Source of the DNA: a virus
Lineage: Duplodnaviria > Caudoviricetes
Direction: 5' to 3' (one strand)
Virus record (IMG/VR): IMGVR_UViG_3300043587_000032
Coordinates: 1-61,315 of that record
DNA length: 61,315 bases
The first letter of the stretch is position 1. Each line of letters opens with the position of its first letter. Under the pieces are notes generated by a model that saw nothing but the letters and a program-made list of their open reading frames with translations, had not been told where the DNA came from and made no database searches. The translations under genes and the position numbers were made by a program. Shown piece by piece: positions 18,401 through 28,570 of the stretch.

Positions 18401-19258
18401 TCAGACCTCTTTCAGCGTGTAGGTCCCGCCGGTGTACCGGCCGACGGGCTGACGATCGCCGGTGGCGTTCTCCAGGAACAGCACCTGCGGAGATCCCGCA
18501 CCGAGTACCCAGGGGCCGGGCAGCGCGCCTTCCTCGATTTGCCAGCCGACCGTGGTGTAGGTGCTGGCGGCGGCGGACCGCAGCTGCACGGAGACGGCCA
18601 CGATGGTGCCGTTCGTCGGCACGGTGTAGGTGACGTACCGCCGCGGCGGCGTCCCGGCTATGACGGTGGCCCCGGCTACGGGCGCCTGCGGTGCGAGGGC
18701 GGCGTTGTACGGCACGATCTCGAGGCTCGGGGTACCGGCTTGGACGAAGGCACTGAAGACCAGCACCTGCCCTGGCGTGACGGGAATCAGCGCGGTGTCG
18801 GCCACCACCTGGTTCGTGGCGCTCGATACCCACTGGAGCGCCTTAGACGGGCCGGGGGTGAGCTGGGATCCAGCGGGCAGCAGGAGCGTCGTGGCGGCTA
18901 CCTGGGTAAGTGAGGTGCCTGCGAAAGTCCAGTCCGTGGAGAGGGCGTTCAGCGCCAGCGGTGCGGACCCCGTCGAGGAGATGCGCGCACGCAGCTTGTT
19001 CACCCGGCTGGACTCGAGCAGGTACAGCGGGCCGGTAACGGCGCCGGTGTACAGCATCTCGAACCAGGACAGGACCATCGGGGTGAGCCCGTCGGTAGCC
19101 ACCTTGAACTCCATGCGGCGGCTGAATACATCCTTGGTCCGGCGGCCGGACAGCGGCACGTGCTCGCCGCCGTACTCGACCAGGTTGGCTTCGTAGCCAC
19201 CCGAGGGCATGTCGATCTTCATCAGCCGCCCCATCGGACCGAGGTAGATGACCTCCAT
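18401..19258 (-). CDS. Minor tail protein (Dit-like with carbohydrate-binding insert)
   Basis: First gene after the tape measure; beta-rich insert. Confidence 0.7.
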   Translation of the reverse strand: MEVIYLGPMGRLMKIDMPSGGYEANLVEYGGEHVPLSGRRTKDVFSRRMEFKVATDGLTPMVLSWFEMLYTGAVTGPLYLLESSRVNKLRARISSTGSAPLALNALSTDWTFAGTSLTQVAATTLLLPAGSQLTPGPSKALQWVSSATNQVVADTALIPVTPGQVLVFSAFVQAGTPSLEIVPYNAALAPQAPVAGATVIAGTPPRRYVTYTVPTNGTIVAVSVQLRSAAASTYTTVGWQIEEGALPGPWVLGAGSPQVLFLENATGDRQPVGRYTGGTYTLKEV

Positions 19259-22032
19259 TACCTGCGCCTCTCGTTGGTGGCCTGGACCTTCTGGATCTCA
19301 CTATCGGCCTGCGTGGCACTCAGGACGACAGCGACACCCGAGAGCCCGTCCGTGACCGCCTGTGCGGTAGCCGCGGCATTGACGGTGGTCTGCTCGCCGG
19401 TGGCGTTGATGAGGTCGGACACCCACTGCGGCCGGACGTAGTTCGCCGGATTCGTGGCGCCGAAGCTCGGGTTCGTCGTCGAGCCGTCCGGGCTTTGGAT
19501 CCCGCCGACCGGCGTCACCTGCACCCCGATGGTCGGGACGTTCGCGCCACCGAGGTTGTCGGCCATGGCTTGGATCGTGGCGTCGGCCAGGGCGATGGCC
19601 TGCTTCTGTACTGGAGTGATGGATCGGGTAAGCCCGAGGACCAGGCCCTCGCCGACTGAGTCGCCGATGATCGCCATCTCTCGCGACGGGGAGTTGATGC
19701 CGAGGGCGCCCTTGATGCCGTTCAGGATGCTCTTGCCGACATCCACGACCTTGCTGATGACGTTCCTGATCATCGAGCTGATGCCGTTGATCAGGCCGGT
19801 CAGCAGGTCGCGCCCGGCGTTGTAGAGCATCGAGCCGAAGTTCGCGAAGAACGACCCGATCTGGCCGGGGATGCCGCGGATGAAGTTGACCACGTCGTTG
19901 AACTTCTCGCGGACGGCCGACTTGACCCGCTCGACGGCGTCACTGATCTTGGTGCGCAGGTCGTTAAAGATCCGTGCCGCCGTCTGCACGAACTCGTCGA
20001 ACTTCGCCTTGCCGTCCTGCACGAGCTGGATGATCTTGCCGATGGTGTTTCGCCAAATGAAGTCCCAGATGTCGCTCAGGAAATCCTTGATCGCGTTGAA
20101 CACGCCGGAGATGTTGTCTCCGAAATTGCGGAACCAGTCGATCATCTTCTGCGTGCCGTCCGCCACGGTGTTGACCAGGCTGACAATGATGGGCACGAGC
20201 AGGCCGATTATCCACGCGGCGAGCTGGATAATCGGCACGGCGATCGCAGTGAACAGGTCAATCAGCGGCGGCAAAGCGATCGTGATGAGCCGCATCAACG
20301 GCTCGAGAAGCGGGATGACCGCCTTGACCAGATCGAGCAGGGCCGGGACCAAGTCGACTAGCGCCTTTGCCACGGTCGGGATGATCGGCGCAAGGTCGGC
20401 GAAGATCTTGCCGAGTGCCTGGCCGAGCTCGCCAGCCACCGGCTTGATGGCCTCGCCGATCTGCCTGAATGCGTCGGCGACGACGGGCAGCACCGGCCGC
20501 AGCGCGCCCGAGAGCGCCTTAATGACCTCGGTGAGCGCGGGCATGATCGCCTCGAACGCGTCACCCAGCACCCCGCCGATGAGCCCGGCGATGTCGCCGA
20601 TCAACGGGAGTAGCGCCTCGAGCGCCGGGGCGATGGCGGTCATCACCTTGCCGAAGCCGTTCGCGAACGCGATGATGCCCGGCGTTGCGGCCGCCAGCCC
20701 CTTGGCGATGGCGTCGATCACGGTCGCGAGGGGGCCTTCCAGTGCACCGGCGAGCTTGCCGAGCAGGACGATCACCGGCGTGATCAGGCCGCCGATGGAC
20801 TTGAATACCGCGGCCAGTCCCTCGAAGGCGGGCCCGAGCGCGCCGGAGGCCTTCAGCTCGTTAACGGCGTTGTTGAATCCCTCGAAGATCGATCCGATGC
20901 TCGCCCCGAGCGCCTTCAGTTGCGGGCCGACGGCTTCCCCGAGCGTCAGGAACGATTTGACCAGTGCGTCAATCCCCGGCTGCATGCCCTGAATGAACCG
21001 GGCTGCACCCTCGAGCGTGACCTTGATGGCCTTCAGGCCTTCGGCGGACGTGATGGTCTTGGAGATCATCGTGACGGTGCCACCGAGTGCCGTCGCCATC
21101 TGCTGAATGCCGGACGTGATCGCCGGGAACAGTGGGGCGAGGTTCTTTACCGCCGGGGCGAGGGCCTTCTCGAACGAGTCCGAGACCTTCGATTTGAGCG
21201 TGTCGATTGCGGGGGTGAGCGTCCCGAATGCTTTCTTGATGCCGTCCATGCCCAGGGCGATGGCGGCGAAGGCGGAACCGGCCACCGCGGCGAGACCGGG
21301 CAGCGCCAGGATAAGGCCGCCGACGGGTGCGGCGATCGCAGCAATCCCGCCCGCCATGTACGGCAGCTTCGAGGTGAGCACGTCGAGGACGCCGCCGCCG
21401 ATGTTGCCGAGCTGACTGAAGCCTTCCTGAAGGAACTTCAGCGGCGCCTTCGCGACGTTGTCCATCGCTCCACCGAGGCCGCGGACCACGCGCTCACCGA
21501 AGGACAGCTTCTTTGAGGCGTTGTCCGATTCGTCGGCCACGTCTTTGAACGCCTTGCGCCCGCGGCCGAAGGCATTGCCGAGCGCGCCCATGATCGAACT
21601 GGAGTCGAACAGCGCGTTCCGCAGTTTCTTCGTGGCCTGCTCCGCTTCAGCGGCGCCACGCTTCAGGTTGTTGTGCTCGGTGTTCAGTTTCTTCGTGGCA
21701 ACGATGACCCTGTCCGCCGACACGGCTTCCTCGAGCTGCGCCTTGTTCAGGTCGAGGTTGGCCTTGGCCGCTTCCCGGCTGGAGTCGCCGAACTTCTTCC
21801 GGGCCTCGGTGAGGGCGTCGGTGGCCTGGCCGGTCTTCTCCTGCGCGGCGGCGAGCCGTTCCTCTGTGTTGAGCAGGTCGAGTTCGGCTTTGCGCAGGTT
21901 CTGCGTCATGGCCACTAGCGGATCGTTGTCGACCTTGATCGACTTCAGCGCGTCGTTCAGGTCCTTGTTGACCTGCTTTTTCAGGTCCGCCGTGATGGCG
22001 TCGATCCGGATACTCGCCTCACCGATTAGCAC
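19258..22032 (-). CDS. Tape measure protein
   Basis: 924 aa Ala/Leu/Gly amphipathic repeats, LGINSPSR motif. Confidence 0.92.
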   Translation of the reverse strand: MLIGEASIRIDAITADLKKQVNKDLNDALKSIKVDNDPLVAMTQNLRKAELDLLNTEERLAAAQEKTGQATDALTEARKKFGDSSREAAKANLDLNKAQLEEAVSADRVIVATKKLNTEHNNLKRGAAEAEQATKKLRNALFDSSSIMGALGNAFGRGRKAFKDVADESDNASKKLSFGERVVRGLGGAMDNVAKAPLKFLQEGFSQLGNIGGGVLDVLTSKLPYMAGGIAAIAAPVGGLILALPGLAAVAGSAFAAIALGMDGIKKAFGTLTPAIDTLKSKVSDSFEKALAPAVKNLAPLFPAITSGIQQMATALGGTVTMISKTITSAEGLKAIKVTLEGAARFIQGMQPGIDALVKSFLTLGEAVGPQLKALGASIGSIFEGFNNAVNELKASGALGPAFEGLAAVFKSIGGLITPVIVLLGKLAGALEGPLATVIDAIAKGLAAATPGIIAFANGFGKVMTAIAPALEALLPLIGDIAGLIGGVLGDAFEAIMPALTEVIKALSGALRPVLPVVADAFRQIGEAIKPVAGELGQALGKIFADLAPIIPTVAKALVDLVPALLDLVKAVIPLLEPLMRLITIALPPLIDLFTAIAVPIIQLAAWIIGLLVPIIVSLVNTVADGTQKMIDWFRNFGDNISGVFNAIKDFLSDIWDFIWRNTIGKIIQLVQDGKAKFDEFVQTAARIFNDLRTKISDAVERVKSAVREKFNDVVNFIRGIPGQIGSFFANFGSMLYNAGRDLLTGLINGISSMIRNVISKVVDVGKSILNGIKGALGINSPSREMAIIGDSVGEGLVLGLTRSITPVQKQAIALADATIQAMADNLGGANVPTIGVQVTPVGGIQSPDGSTTNPSFGATNPANYVRPQWVSDLINATGEQTTVNAAATAQAVTDGLSGVAVVLSATQADSEIQKVQATNERRR

Positions 22033-22047
22033 CCGGATCGACCCCCT

Positions 22048-22345
22048 CTACTGTCCGTACAACGCCGCCGCCATGGCCTGGTCCTCGGGCGTCTGCCCCC
22101 ACGTCTCCCGCACCGACACCGGATCGATCACCGCGTCCATCGTGCGCAGGTGGCTTTCCAGTGACTTGACGTTCTCCTGAAGGGGCATCGCTTCCAGGAT
22201 CATGGCGTACACGGCATCGAGGTACTCGCGAACTGGTGTCCGCGTATTGATCCCGGCCAGGGCCAGGCGGCCGGAGACGTACCCTCGAAGCCAGATTTGC
22301 CGCGCGGTGCTCAGGATGGCTACCGCGCGGTAGTAGGGCGGCCTG
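22048..22345 (-). CDS. Tail assembly chaperone, frameshift extension
   Basis: -1 frame relative to the upstream chaperone near CGC CCT ACT; abuts the tape measure. Confidence 0.6.
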
Positions 22346-22817
22346 CTGCACTTCCGATCATGTCCTGAAGCACGGCGGTCAGGTCGGTGGTGTCGACGCT
22401 GGTGTACTCGCCCTCGATCAGGCTCATGAGCCGTCGGCGGCTGGACCCGGCGTTGTGCTCCTCGAAGCGCTTGGCTTCGGCCATCGGGTAGAGCACGCCG
22501 TCCGGCCCGCGGAACTTCGGCTCGTAGTCCTCGGGCGCGTCGTCCGGCACCGGCAGGACAGTCGCCTCCCACTGGGAGGGCACCCCGTCCGAGTTGAGCA
22601 GGATCCGGTTCATCAGCCGCAGGACCACGCCGACCTGCTCGGTGCCGGTGCTGGTGCTGGACAGTGCGAGCAGGCCCCCGGCGTCCGTCCGCGGGCGGGC
22701 GTTGAACTCGTGCCAGCGGGACTCTTCGCGGCCGGTCTCGGGGTCTTCGTGCCGGACGTTCAGCTCGAAGGGGACGATAGGGGCTTCTGATTCGCTTCCG
22801 TAACGCTTGCCCGACAT
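22320..22817 (-). CDS. Tail assembly chaperone
   Basis: Position upstream of the tape measure; ends GRPTTAR. Confidence 0.7.
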   Translation of the reverse strand: MSGKRYGSESEAPIVPFELNVRHEDPETGREESRWHEFNARPRTDAGGLLALSSTSTGTEQVGVVLRLMNRILLNSDGVPSQWEATVLPVPDDAPEDYEPKFRGPDGVLYPMAEAKRFEEHNAGSSRRRLMSLIEGEYTSVDTTDLTAVLQDMIGSAAGRPTTAR

Positions 22818-22849
22818 GGCTTCCCTCTCAATGGTGTGTCTACTTAGGA

Positions 22850-23278
22850 CTAATGGGCGGCTTGGGCCATGGACCGCTGCACGAAGTTGTTCGCCCGCGT
22901 ACCCGGATGCCAGACCTGCTTCGCGAACCGCACCCCGCCGCCGACCATGAACCGCAGGTGCGCGTTCGGCCGGTTCGGGATAGCCCGGATGTAGTGGGCG
23001 TGCGTGCCGTACAGGATGTACCCGAGGTAGTCAGTGAGCCCCTGCTTGCCGATGATCACGTCCACGTACGGCCGGAGACCGAGCCGCCCCGCGTTCTTCC
23101 GGCTGGTGGACGCCAGCATCCCTGTCTTCTTCGGCACCGCGCGCAGCTGATACCGCTGCACGTTCGTCGCCCGGCGGTCCAGCTCGTGCCGGATCGGGCC
23201 AGCGGGGGCGTTGACGAAGCGCACGAACTCGGCATCATTCACGCCGCCCTTGGGGGTACTGATCTGAATGTGCGCCAT
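22850..23278 (-). CDS. Neck / tail-completion protein (HK97 gp10-like)
   Basis: VPKKTGML..YGTHAHYI..VWHPGTRANNF. Confidence 0.7.
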   Translation of the reverse strand: MAHIQISTPKGGVNDAEFVRFVNAPAGPIRHELDRRATNVQRYQLRAVPKKTGMLASTSRKNAGRLGLRPYVDVIIGKQGLTDYLGYILYGTHAHYIRAIPNRPNAHLRFMVGGGVRFAKQVWHPGTRANNFVQRSMAQAAH

Positions 23279-23847
23279 CACAGCACGTCCGGATCCGGCG
23301 GCGGCAACAGCTCGATGGCGTTGAGCGTGATGGACGCCTCGATGGCCGTGAAGCGTCCCTCCGGCCCGAGCGGCACGCACTGACCGGCGTCGGCATTCAC
23401 GCCCTGCGGGATCCACTCCGGCAGGGATGAGCACAGGTTCACGACGATCTGCGAGAGACAGCCCATGTCCTTCAGCTGCATTCGACCGGCGGCGTCGACA
23501 GTCGCCGGGGAAGGCGGGTTGCCGCGGGCCGACATGGTCGGCGCGCAAGCCCGCACGATCTGGATGCCGTAGACCACGGCCCGCATCTTCTGTGAGCTGA
23601 ACGGCGAGCCGCCGCGTGCAGCGGAGGAGATCGAGCCCTGTTGCGGGTTGGCGTCGATGATGCCGACACAGCCCACAGCGAACTGCTCGCAGTCCCACGC
23701 GTCGAGCGACGGCAGGCCGGGACAGATGTACTGCCGCTCGGGTAGCGCGATGCCGTTGAACGCGAAGAACGCGCGGACTTCGGCGAAAACGTGCTCCGCG
23801 AAGGGCAGGAGGTTCAGCCCGTACTTCGGGAGGTTGTCCGGCTTCAC
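23278..23847 (-). CDS. Head-tail connector / tail terminator
   Basis: AWDCEQ and PLGPEG motifs; synteny. Confidence 0.6.
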   Translation of the reverse strand: MKPDNLPKYGLNLLPFAEHVFAEVRAFFAFNGIALPERQYICPGLPSLDAWDCEQFAVGCVGIIDANPQQGSISSAARGGSPFSSQKMRAVVYGIQIVRACAPTMSARGNPPSPATVDAAGRMQLKDMGCLSQIVVNLCSSLPEWIPQGVNADAGQCVPLGPEGRFTAIEASITLNAIELLPPPDPDVL

Positions 23848-24080
23848 AGCTTGGCCTTCGCTGCCTCGAGGTCGGCCGCCGACGGGATCCGGCCGCGGCG
23901 CCGCTTCACGGGGCGCTTGGTTGGGGCCGGTGTCTCTGCGGCGATCTCAGGGGCCGGTTCGGGGATCGGCTCGACGGGAGGCGTTACCGGCTCGAAGGGG
24001 ACGCCAGCCCCGCCGACCTCCGGCACTTCGTCGTCCACCACGTGCCCGCTGTAGGGGTCATGCTCGCGACTCAACGTCAT
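23844..24080 (-). CDS. Small Pro/Glu-rich protein
   Basis: Fills the gap; stop overlaps the next start. Confidence 0.45.
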   Translation of the reverse strand: MTLSREHDPYSGHVVDDEVPEVGGAGVPFEPVTPPVEPIPEPAPEIAAETPAPTKRPVKRRRGRIPSAADLEAAKAKL

Positions 24081-24112
24081 GGCGTGATCGTAGCCCGTTC
24101 GGGCCCCCCAGG

Positions 24113-24940
24113 TCAGGGGGTGTACGTCTGCTCGGCCTGCGGAATGTCCGGTGACCACACCGAGCCCGACCGCGTCCGGCCCTTTGGGTTCACCGACACC
24201 AGCCACATATCCACCGCGGGCAGGCCGGTCCGGCGCTTGTCCAGGAAGCCCGACGGGTCGATCTGGATCGAGATGCCCTGGCGGGTCACTGAGGTGGCCG
24301 TGGCCGGGATCGCGCACGAGTCATCGCCGCACAGGAGCTTCGCCAGCTCCATGGCGAACAGCACGCAGGCCCGGACGCCGGACGAATCCGGCGCGAGGCC
24401 GTAGCTGTAGTCCACCTCGGTCGGGCCACCGGCGCCGCACACCGCGAAGCCGTCGCCGTCGATCCGCTCGAGCCAGCCCGAGCGGGACACCCGGTAGGCC
24501 GTCGGTGCCAGCACCACACCACCGGAACGGACCTCGACAATGGCGCGTGCGTCGGCCTCGAGCGGCACCGCGCGCGGGCGGGGGTGGTAGCCGCCGTACC
24601 CCGCGATCGGGCCCCACGATGACCAGTCGGTCCACTGGCTGTAGCCGTTGTATCCCCAGCACTCGCAGACACCGCAGGACGCGTGCGTCCAGTCGTTGGC
24701 GCCGATGGCCGCGGGCCGGGAGCGCAGGGTGGCTGTGGCCGTGCAGCCCTCGCCGCGCCACTGGTAACCGGAGAGCCGATACAGGATCTCCGAGGCCATC
24801 ATGAGCACCTGCTCCCACTGGCCGTCCGTGATGCCCACGCGAGCGGACTCGGGAATGTCGGACGGCGCAGCCCACGCCGCGCACAAGATCTGCGTGGCGT
24901 GGGCTGGCGGAACGTCCGGCAGCGGGATAGGGGTGGACAT
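24113..24940 (-). CDS. Head-to-tail adaptor
   Basis: ASEILYRLSG..SVTRQGIS..TGLPAVDMWL..NP. Confidence 0.8.
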   Translation of the reverse strand: MSTPIPLPDVPPAHATQILCAAWAAPSDIPESARVGITDGQWEQVLMMASEILYRLSGYQWRGEGCTATATLRSRPAAIGANDWTHASCGVCECWGYNGYSQWTDWSSWGPIAGYGGYHPRPRAVPLEADARAIVEVRSGGVVLAPTAYRVSRSGWLERIDGDGFAVCGAGGPTEVDYSYGLAPDSSGVRACVLFAMELAKLLCGDDSCAIPATATSVTRQGISIQIDPSGFLDKRRTGLPAVDMWLVSVNPKGRTRSGSVWSPDIPQAEQTYTP

Positions 24941-25605
24941 CAGACCTGCGCGACCACCGGCACGAAACCGGCATCCATCGTCGGGAGCGCAGCTTCGCGC
25001 ACGTACTGCCAGACGCGGTCAGACGGGTAGGTGAAGTCGTCGTTCGGGCCGGTGCCCCACGCCGGGTTCTGGATCGAGTAGCCGTCAAACTCGGGCAGCA
25101 TCGCTTCGGTGCCGGAGATCGACCAGGATCCCGAGGGGATCAAGAACGCACGCGGGATCACCCAGTGGAAGTAGGGCAGGTTCTGTGCGATCGCCGAACC
25201 GATCAGGGCCCGGCTCCAGAACTCCAGGGACACGCCGTAGGGCGTCTCCTCGACGCCGGTGGCCGGTGCTCGGTAGCCGATCTCCGCGGGCGGGGTGCTG
25301 GCGTCAACGATGGTCTCGCCGCCGATGAGGAACTCGACCAAGTTCGGGTCCGGCTGGCAGATCTGGAGCCCGGCAATGGAGCCGCGCTTCAGGGTGTAGG
25401 GCGCCTGGTAGTTGACGCACGCCACGCCGGTGCCGTTCAGCTGGGTGACCTGCTTGGCGTCCTCGTACTCGAGGCCGATCTCGATCTTGACAAGCGAGTC
25501 CGACACGTACGCGTTCTTCAGGCCTACCGAGGGCAGGCCTGACGCGTCGAGCTTCGTGGCACGCATGCCGAGTGCGAACAGTGTGCCCGCGCCGTCATAG
25601 CTCAT
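24940..25605 (-). CDS. Major tail protein
   Basis: MRATKLD..CQPDP..SLEFWS..WGTGP, typical of this phage type. Confidence 0.75.
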   Translation of the reverse strand: MSYDGAGTLFALGMRATKLDASGLPSVGLKNAYVSDSLVKIEIGLEYEDAKQVTQLNGTGVACVNYQAPYTLKRGSIAGLQICQPDPNLVEFLIGGETIVDASTPPAEIGYRAPATGVEETPYGVSLEFWSRALIGSAIAQNLPYFHWVIPRAFLIPSGSWSISGTEAMLPEFDGYSIQNPAWGTGPNDDFTYPSDRVWQYVREAALPTMDAGFVPVVAQV

Positions 25606-25614
25606 GATCTCTCC

Positions 25615-26766
25615 TTACGGGACGGGTACCTGAATGGCGAAGTGGACGCAGGGGTCGAACCCCACGCCGAACATGCGTTCCGCCCAGAGCTCGCGGATGT
25701 TGGTGCGGCGGTCCACCGTCTGCTTGGGCTGGTCGAGCACCGCAATCGGACCGAGCCGCGCCACGACGGGCCCCGTGCCGTACATCCACAGTCCGGCGAC
25801 CGGTGCCGGATCGACACCCGGCGTGCCGGTGGTGACGTTCACGGCGGGGGCGGTGCCGCCGGTCAGTCCCGCGCCGGACGCCGTCATTTGCGGCACGTTC
25901 TCCGGCGGGGAGAAGGTGACCGTGTACGGGCCACCGGCCGCCCCGGACACCGCGACATCGCCGGGGGCAAGGTTGGACAGTGCCTCGAGGGCGAGACGGA
26001 CGGTAGCGGCCGTGGCGTTGAATGCGATGCCCGCCGTGGTCTGGCCGGAGTACGTCAGGGTGAAGGTGCCGCCCGTCGGTACGCCGGTGATCGTGACCGT
26101 CTGGACCTCCGGCGTGCCGGTGCTCAGCGGGCCCGAGCCGTCGTAACCGGCGTCGGCCACCACGATCGCGTCCGTCGGCGTGCGCAGTTCGTTGCCGACC
26201 CGGCGAAGCTGCGCACCGAGCACGATCGCAAGGCGAAGCGGGATGTGCAGGAACACCGCCTGGCCTTTGGTCTGGCGGCGGGTCTCTTCCTCGAGCAGCC
26301 CGAGCGCGTCCAGCGCGCCGGTGAGGCCTGTGTTCGAGACCACGGTGGCATCGTTCGAGGCGAGGAACGGGTTGATCGTCGAGCCGTCTGGCGCCGCAGT
26401 GTGCGGGTTGGCACGTGTCCCTGCGCCGGTCCAGAGTTCGTTGGCGACCGCGAAAGACGCCGTCGCCTCGGACATCCGGCGGATGCGGTCCGAGTTCATC
26501 CCAACGGCGAGCGTCGAGCAGTCCTCACGAAGCCGGTAGCCCATCGGCTGCACGTATACCGGCGGCGAAGTGTCTTCGTCCGGGTATGCGGGCGAGCCGT
26601 CGCAGGGGTCGAACAGAGACAGGGCGGGGCACTGCTCGCCGCGGAACGAGAAGCCTTCCTGCCAGCGGTCATCCGTGGTCGCCGGGGAAAGCGCGGACGC
26701 GAGCAGGTTAACGGCGGTCGGCGCGGCGGCCTGGAAGGCATCGATCTCGGTGAACAGCACTGGCAC
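25615..26766 (-). CDS. Major capsid pentamer protein with inserted Ig-like (EVQTV) domain
   Basis: WQEGFSF, VANELWTG, GYDGSGP, WMYGTGPV, AERMF..DPC; directly after the hexamer gene. Confidence 0.7.
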   Translation of the reverse strand: MPVLFTEIDAFQAAAPTAVNLLASALSPATTDDRWQEGFSFRGEQCPALSLFDPCDGSPAYPDEDTSPPVYVQPMGYRLREDCSTLAVGMNSDRIRRMSEATASFAVANELWTGAGTRANPHTAAPDGSTINPFLASNDATVVSNTGLTGALDALGLLEEETRRQTKGQAVFLHIPLRLAIVLGAQLRRVGNELRTPTDAIVVADAGYDGSGPLSTGTPEVQTVTITGVPTGGTFTLTYSGQTTAGIAFNATAATVRLALEALSNLAPGDVAVSGAAGGPYTVTFSPPENVPQMTASGAGLTGGTAPAVNVTTGTPGVDPAPVAGLWMYGTGPVVARLGPIAVLDQPKQTVDRRTNIRELWAERMFGVGFDPCVHFAIQVPVP

Positions 26767-26833
26767 TCCCTTCGGGGCGATTGGGTGAGCGAGGTCCGGC
26801 GCGTCTGTCGGGGGACGCGCCGGACCTCACGAA

Positions 26834-28570
26834 TCACGCCGGGTTGACGACATCCCAATCGGCCGGGGCGGTGGTGCCGACCGAGGAGCCACGCGCCCGC
26901 AGAGGCATGTTGATCCGCAGGGACTCCTTGCCGTCGAACGCCACGCCCTCGAAGGTCTCCACGAAGGTCTGGTAGCGGTTCCGCTTGTTCAGGTCGGAAT
27001 CCCGCACCAAGCCCAGGTCCAGCGTGCCGCCGTCGAGGAACAGCCAGTCGCCCTCGACAAACAGCAGGGAGTCGACGGACAGCGGCCAGTTCGGCACGAC
27101 GCCACCGGCGACGGTGTCGGCGTAGGTCTGGTCGGCGACGACAACGCCGTTCACGGTGCCGCCGGTGAGCCCGTCGAGGTGCCAGGTGACGTTCACGCTG
27201 CGAGTCGCGAACCAAGCCTCGAGCTGGCTCTGAGCGATGGTGAACAGGTCGCCCGGGGAACCGTTGGTCATGCGCCGCGCGAGGTCCGTGCGGAGCATGC
27301 CGATCAACCACTGCGGCAGGATGGTCCGCAGCTGCACCGTCGAGTTCAGGCGGTGCCGGTAGCGGTACTGGCTGATGATCCGGTCGTAGGTCGCGAGGAT
27401 GTCCGCGATCGCGGACAGGACACCACCGAGGCCCTTGAGGATCTTCGAGCCCGCGGCGAGCCGCGACAGGAGCTGGTTCTCCGCGAACCGGGCCCACGCG
27501 ATTTGCGCAGCCTCGGTGGTCGCGGTGACCCACTCGGTGTCGAACCGCGCCGTCATGTTCGGGAACTCGAGGCACATGTACGTCGAGTAGATCGAGGCCT
27601 CGACGACACCCGGGCAGTTGACCGTCAAGCACGACTTGTAGACGTTCGTGTCCGGGTCCGCCGGGGGCTGCACGATGGCCTGGTCCATGGCCTGCGTCCA
27701 CACGCCCAAGCCGGTGGCCATGGTGAGCGCGTCGAACGGCTGGCGGTACTGGATACCGCCGCGGTCCACGCCGTAACGCACGAGCGTGTCACGGACGGGC
27801 CGGTCGGTGACGCCCAAGACCTTGATGTCGTAGCGCACCTCGAGCGGCAGGCACAGTCCACCGGCGGCGGTGAGCGCCTCAGGGGACTTCGCCGCGGCGA
27901 TGCGCTCAGTGTTGGCGACGGCGTCCGAGCCAAGCATCCGCTCGGGCGGGTAGTTGAACTCGACGCGGGCCACGTCCATGCGGCCGATGCCACCGGCGGC
28001 CTGCGCACGCTCACGTACGGCCTGCGCGAAGGTCTGGTCATTGAGCTGGGTGCCGACCTCCATGCCGGGCACGCCGCCACGGACCCGGGTGATGGTCTGG
28101 ATCGCCCCGGCGTTGCGGCCTTCCGGCGAGGTGTCGCCGTTCAGCTTGCCGAGACCGGCCGCGGTGCGGGACTTCGGCGCGGCCTTTTTCGTGGGGGCCT
28201 TGCCCTTGTCCGTGTCGTCGCCTTCGTCGGCCGCTTCGGCGCCGGGGTCCGGCACGTCCGTCACGTCGCCCGGCTCGGGCGGTGCGACGTTGTCGCGGGA
28301 CGCGTCGTGCACGCCGTCCAGTTCGGCCAGTGCGGCCGCGCGCTGCTCGCCAAGGCTGACCTTGCTGGCGCGCTCGGTGAGCTCGCTCGAGATCTTCTGG
28401 GCGTTGGCAACGGCTTCGCGGAGGGCGCTGACGCTCTCTTCGGTGGCCGGTGCGGTGTCGGTGGCCAGCTCGGTGCCCTGGGTGCGGATGGCAGCGAGAG
28501 CCGTCCGAAGGTCCTCATCGCTGGCGTTCGCGAGATCCGCGAGGATCTCGGAGATGCGCTTCGGGTCCAC
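26834..28570 (-). CDS. Major capsid hexamer protein
   Basis: Scaffold-like N-terminus, ALTAAGGLCLPLEVRYD, LDGGTLDLGLVRDS..N.YQTFVETFEGVA. Confidence 0.85.
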   Translation of the reverse strand: MDPKRISEILADLANASDEDLRTALAAIRTQGTELATDTAPATEESVSALREAVANAQKISSELTERASKVSLGEQRAAALAELDGVHDASRDNVAPPEPGDVTDVPDPGAEAADEGDDTDKGKAPTKKAAPKSRTAAGLGKLNGDTSPEGRNAGAIQTITRVRGGVPGMEVGTQLNDQTFAQAVRERAQAAGGIGRMDVARVEFNYPPERMLGSDAVANTERIAAAKSPEALTAAGGLCLPLEVRYDIKVLGVTDRPVRDTLVRYGVDRGGIQYRQPFDALTMATGLGVWTQAMDQAIVQPPADPDTNVYKSCLTVNCPGVVEASIYSTYMCLEFPNMTARFDTEWVTATTEAAQIAWARFAENQLLSRLAAGSKILKGLGGVLSAIADILATYDRIISQYRYRHRLNSTVQLRTILPQWLIGMLRTDLARRMTNGSPGDLFTIAQSQLEAWFATRSVNVTWHLDGLTGGTVNGVVVADQTYADTVAGGVVPNWPLSVDSLLFVEGDWLFLDGGTLDLGLVRDSDLNKRNRYQTFVETFEGVAFDGKESLRINMPLRARGSSVGTTAPADWDVVNPA

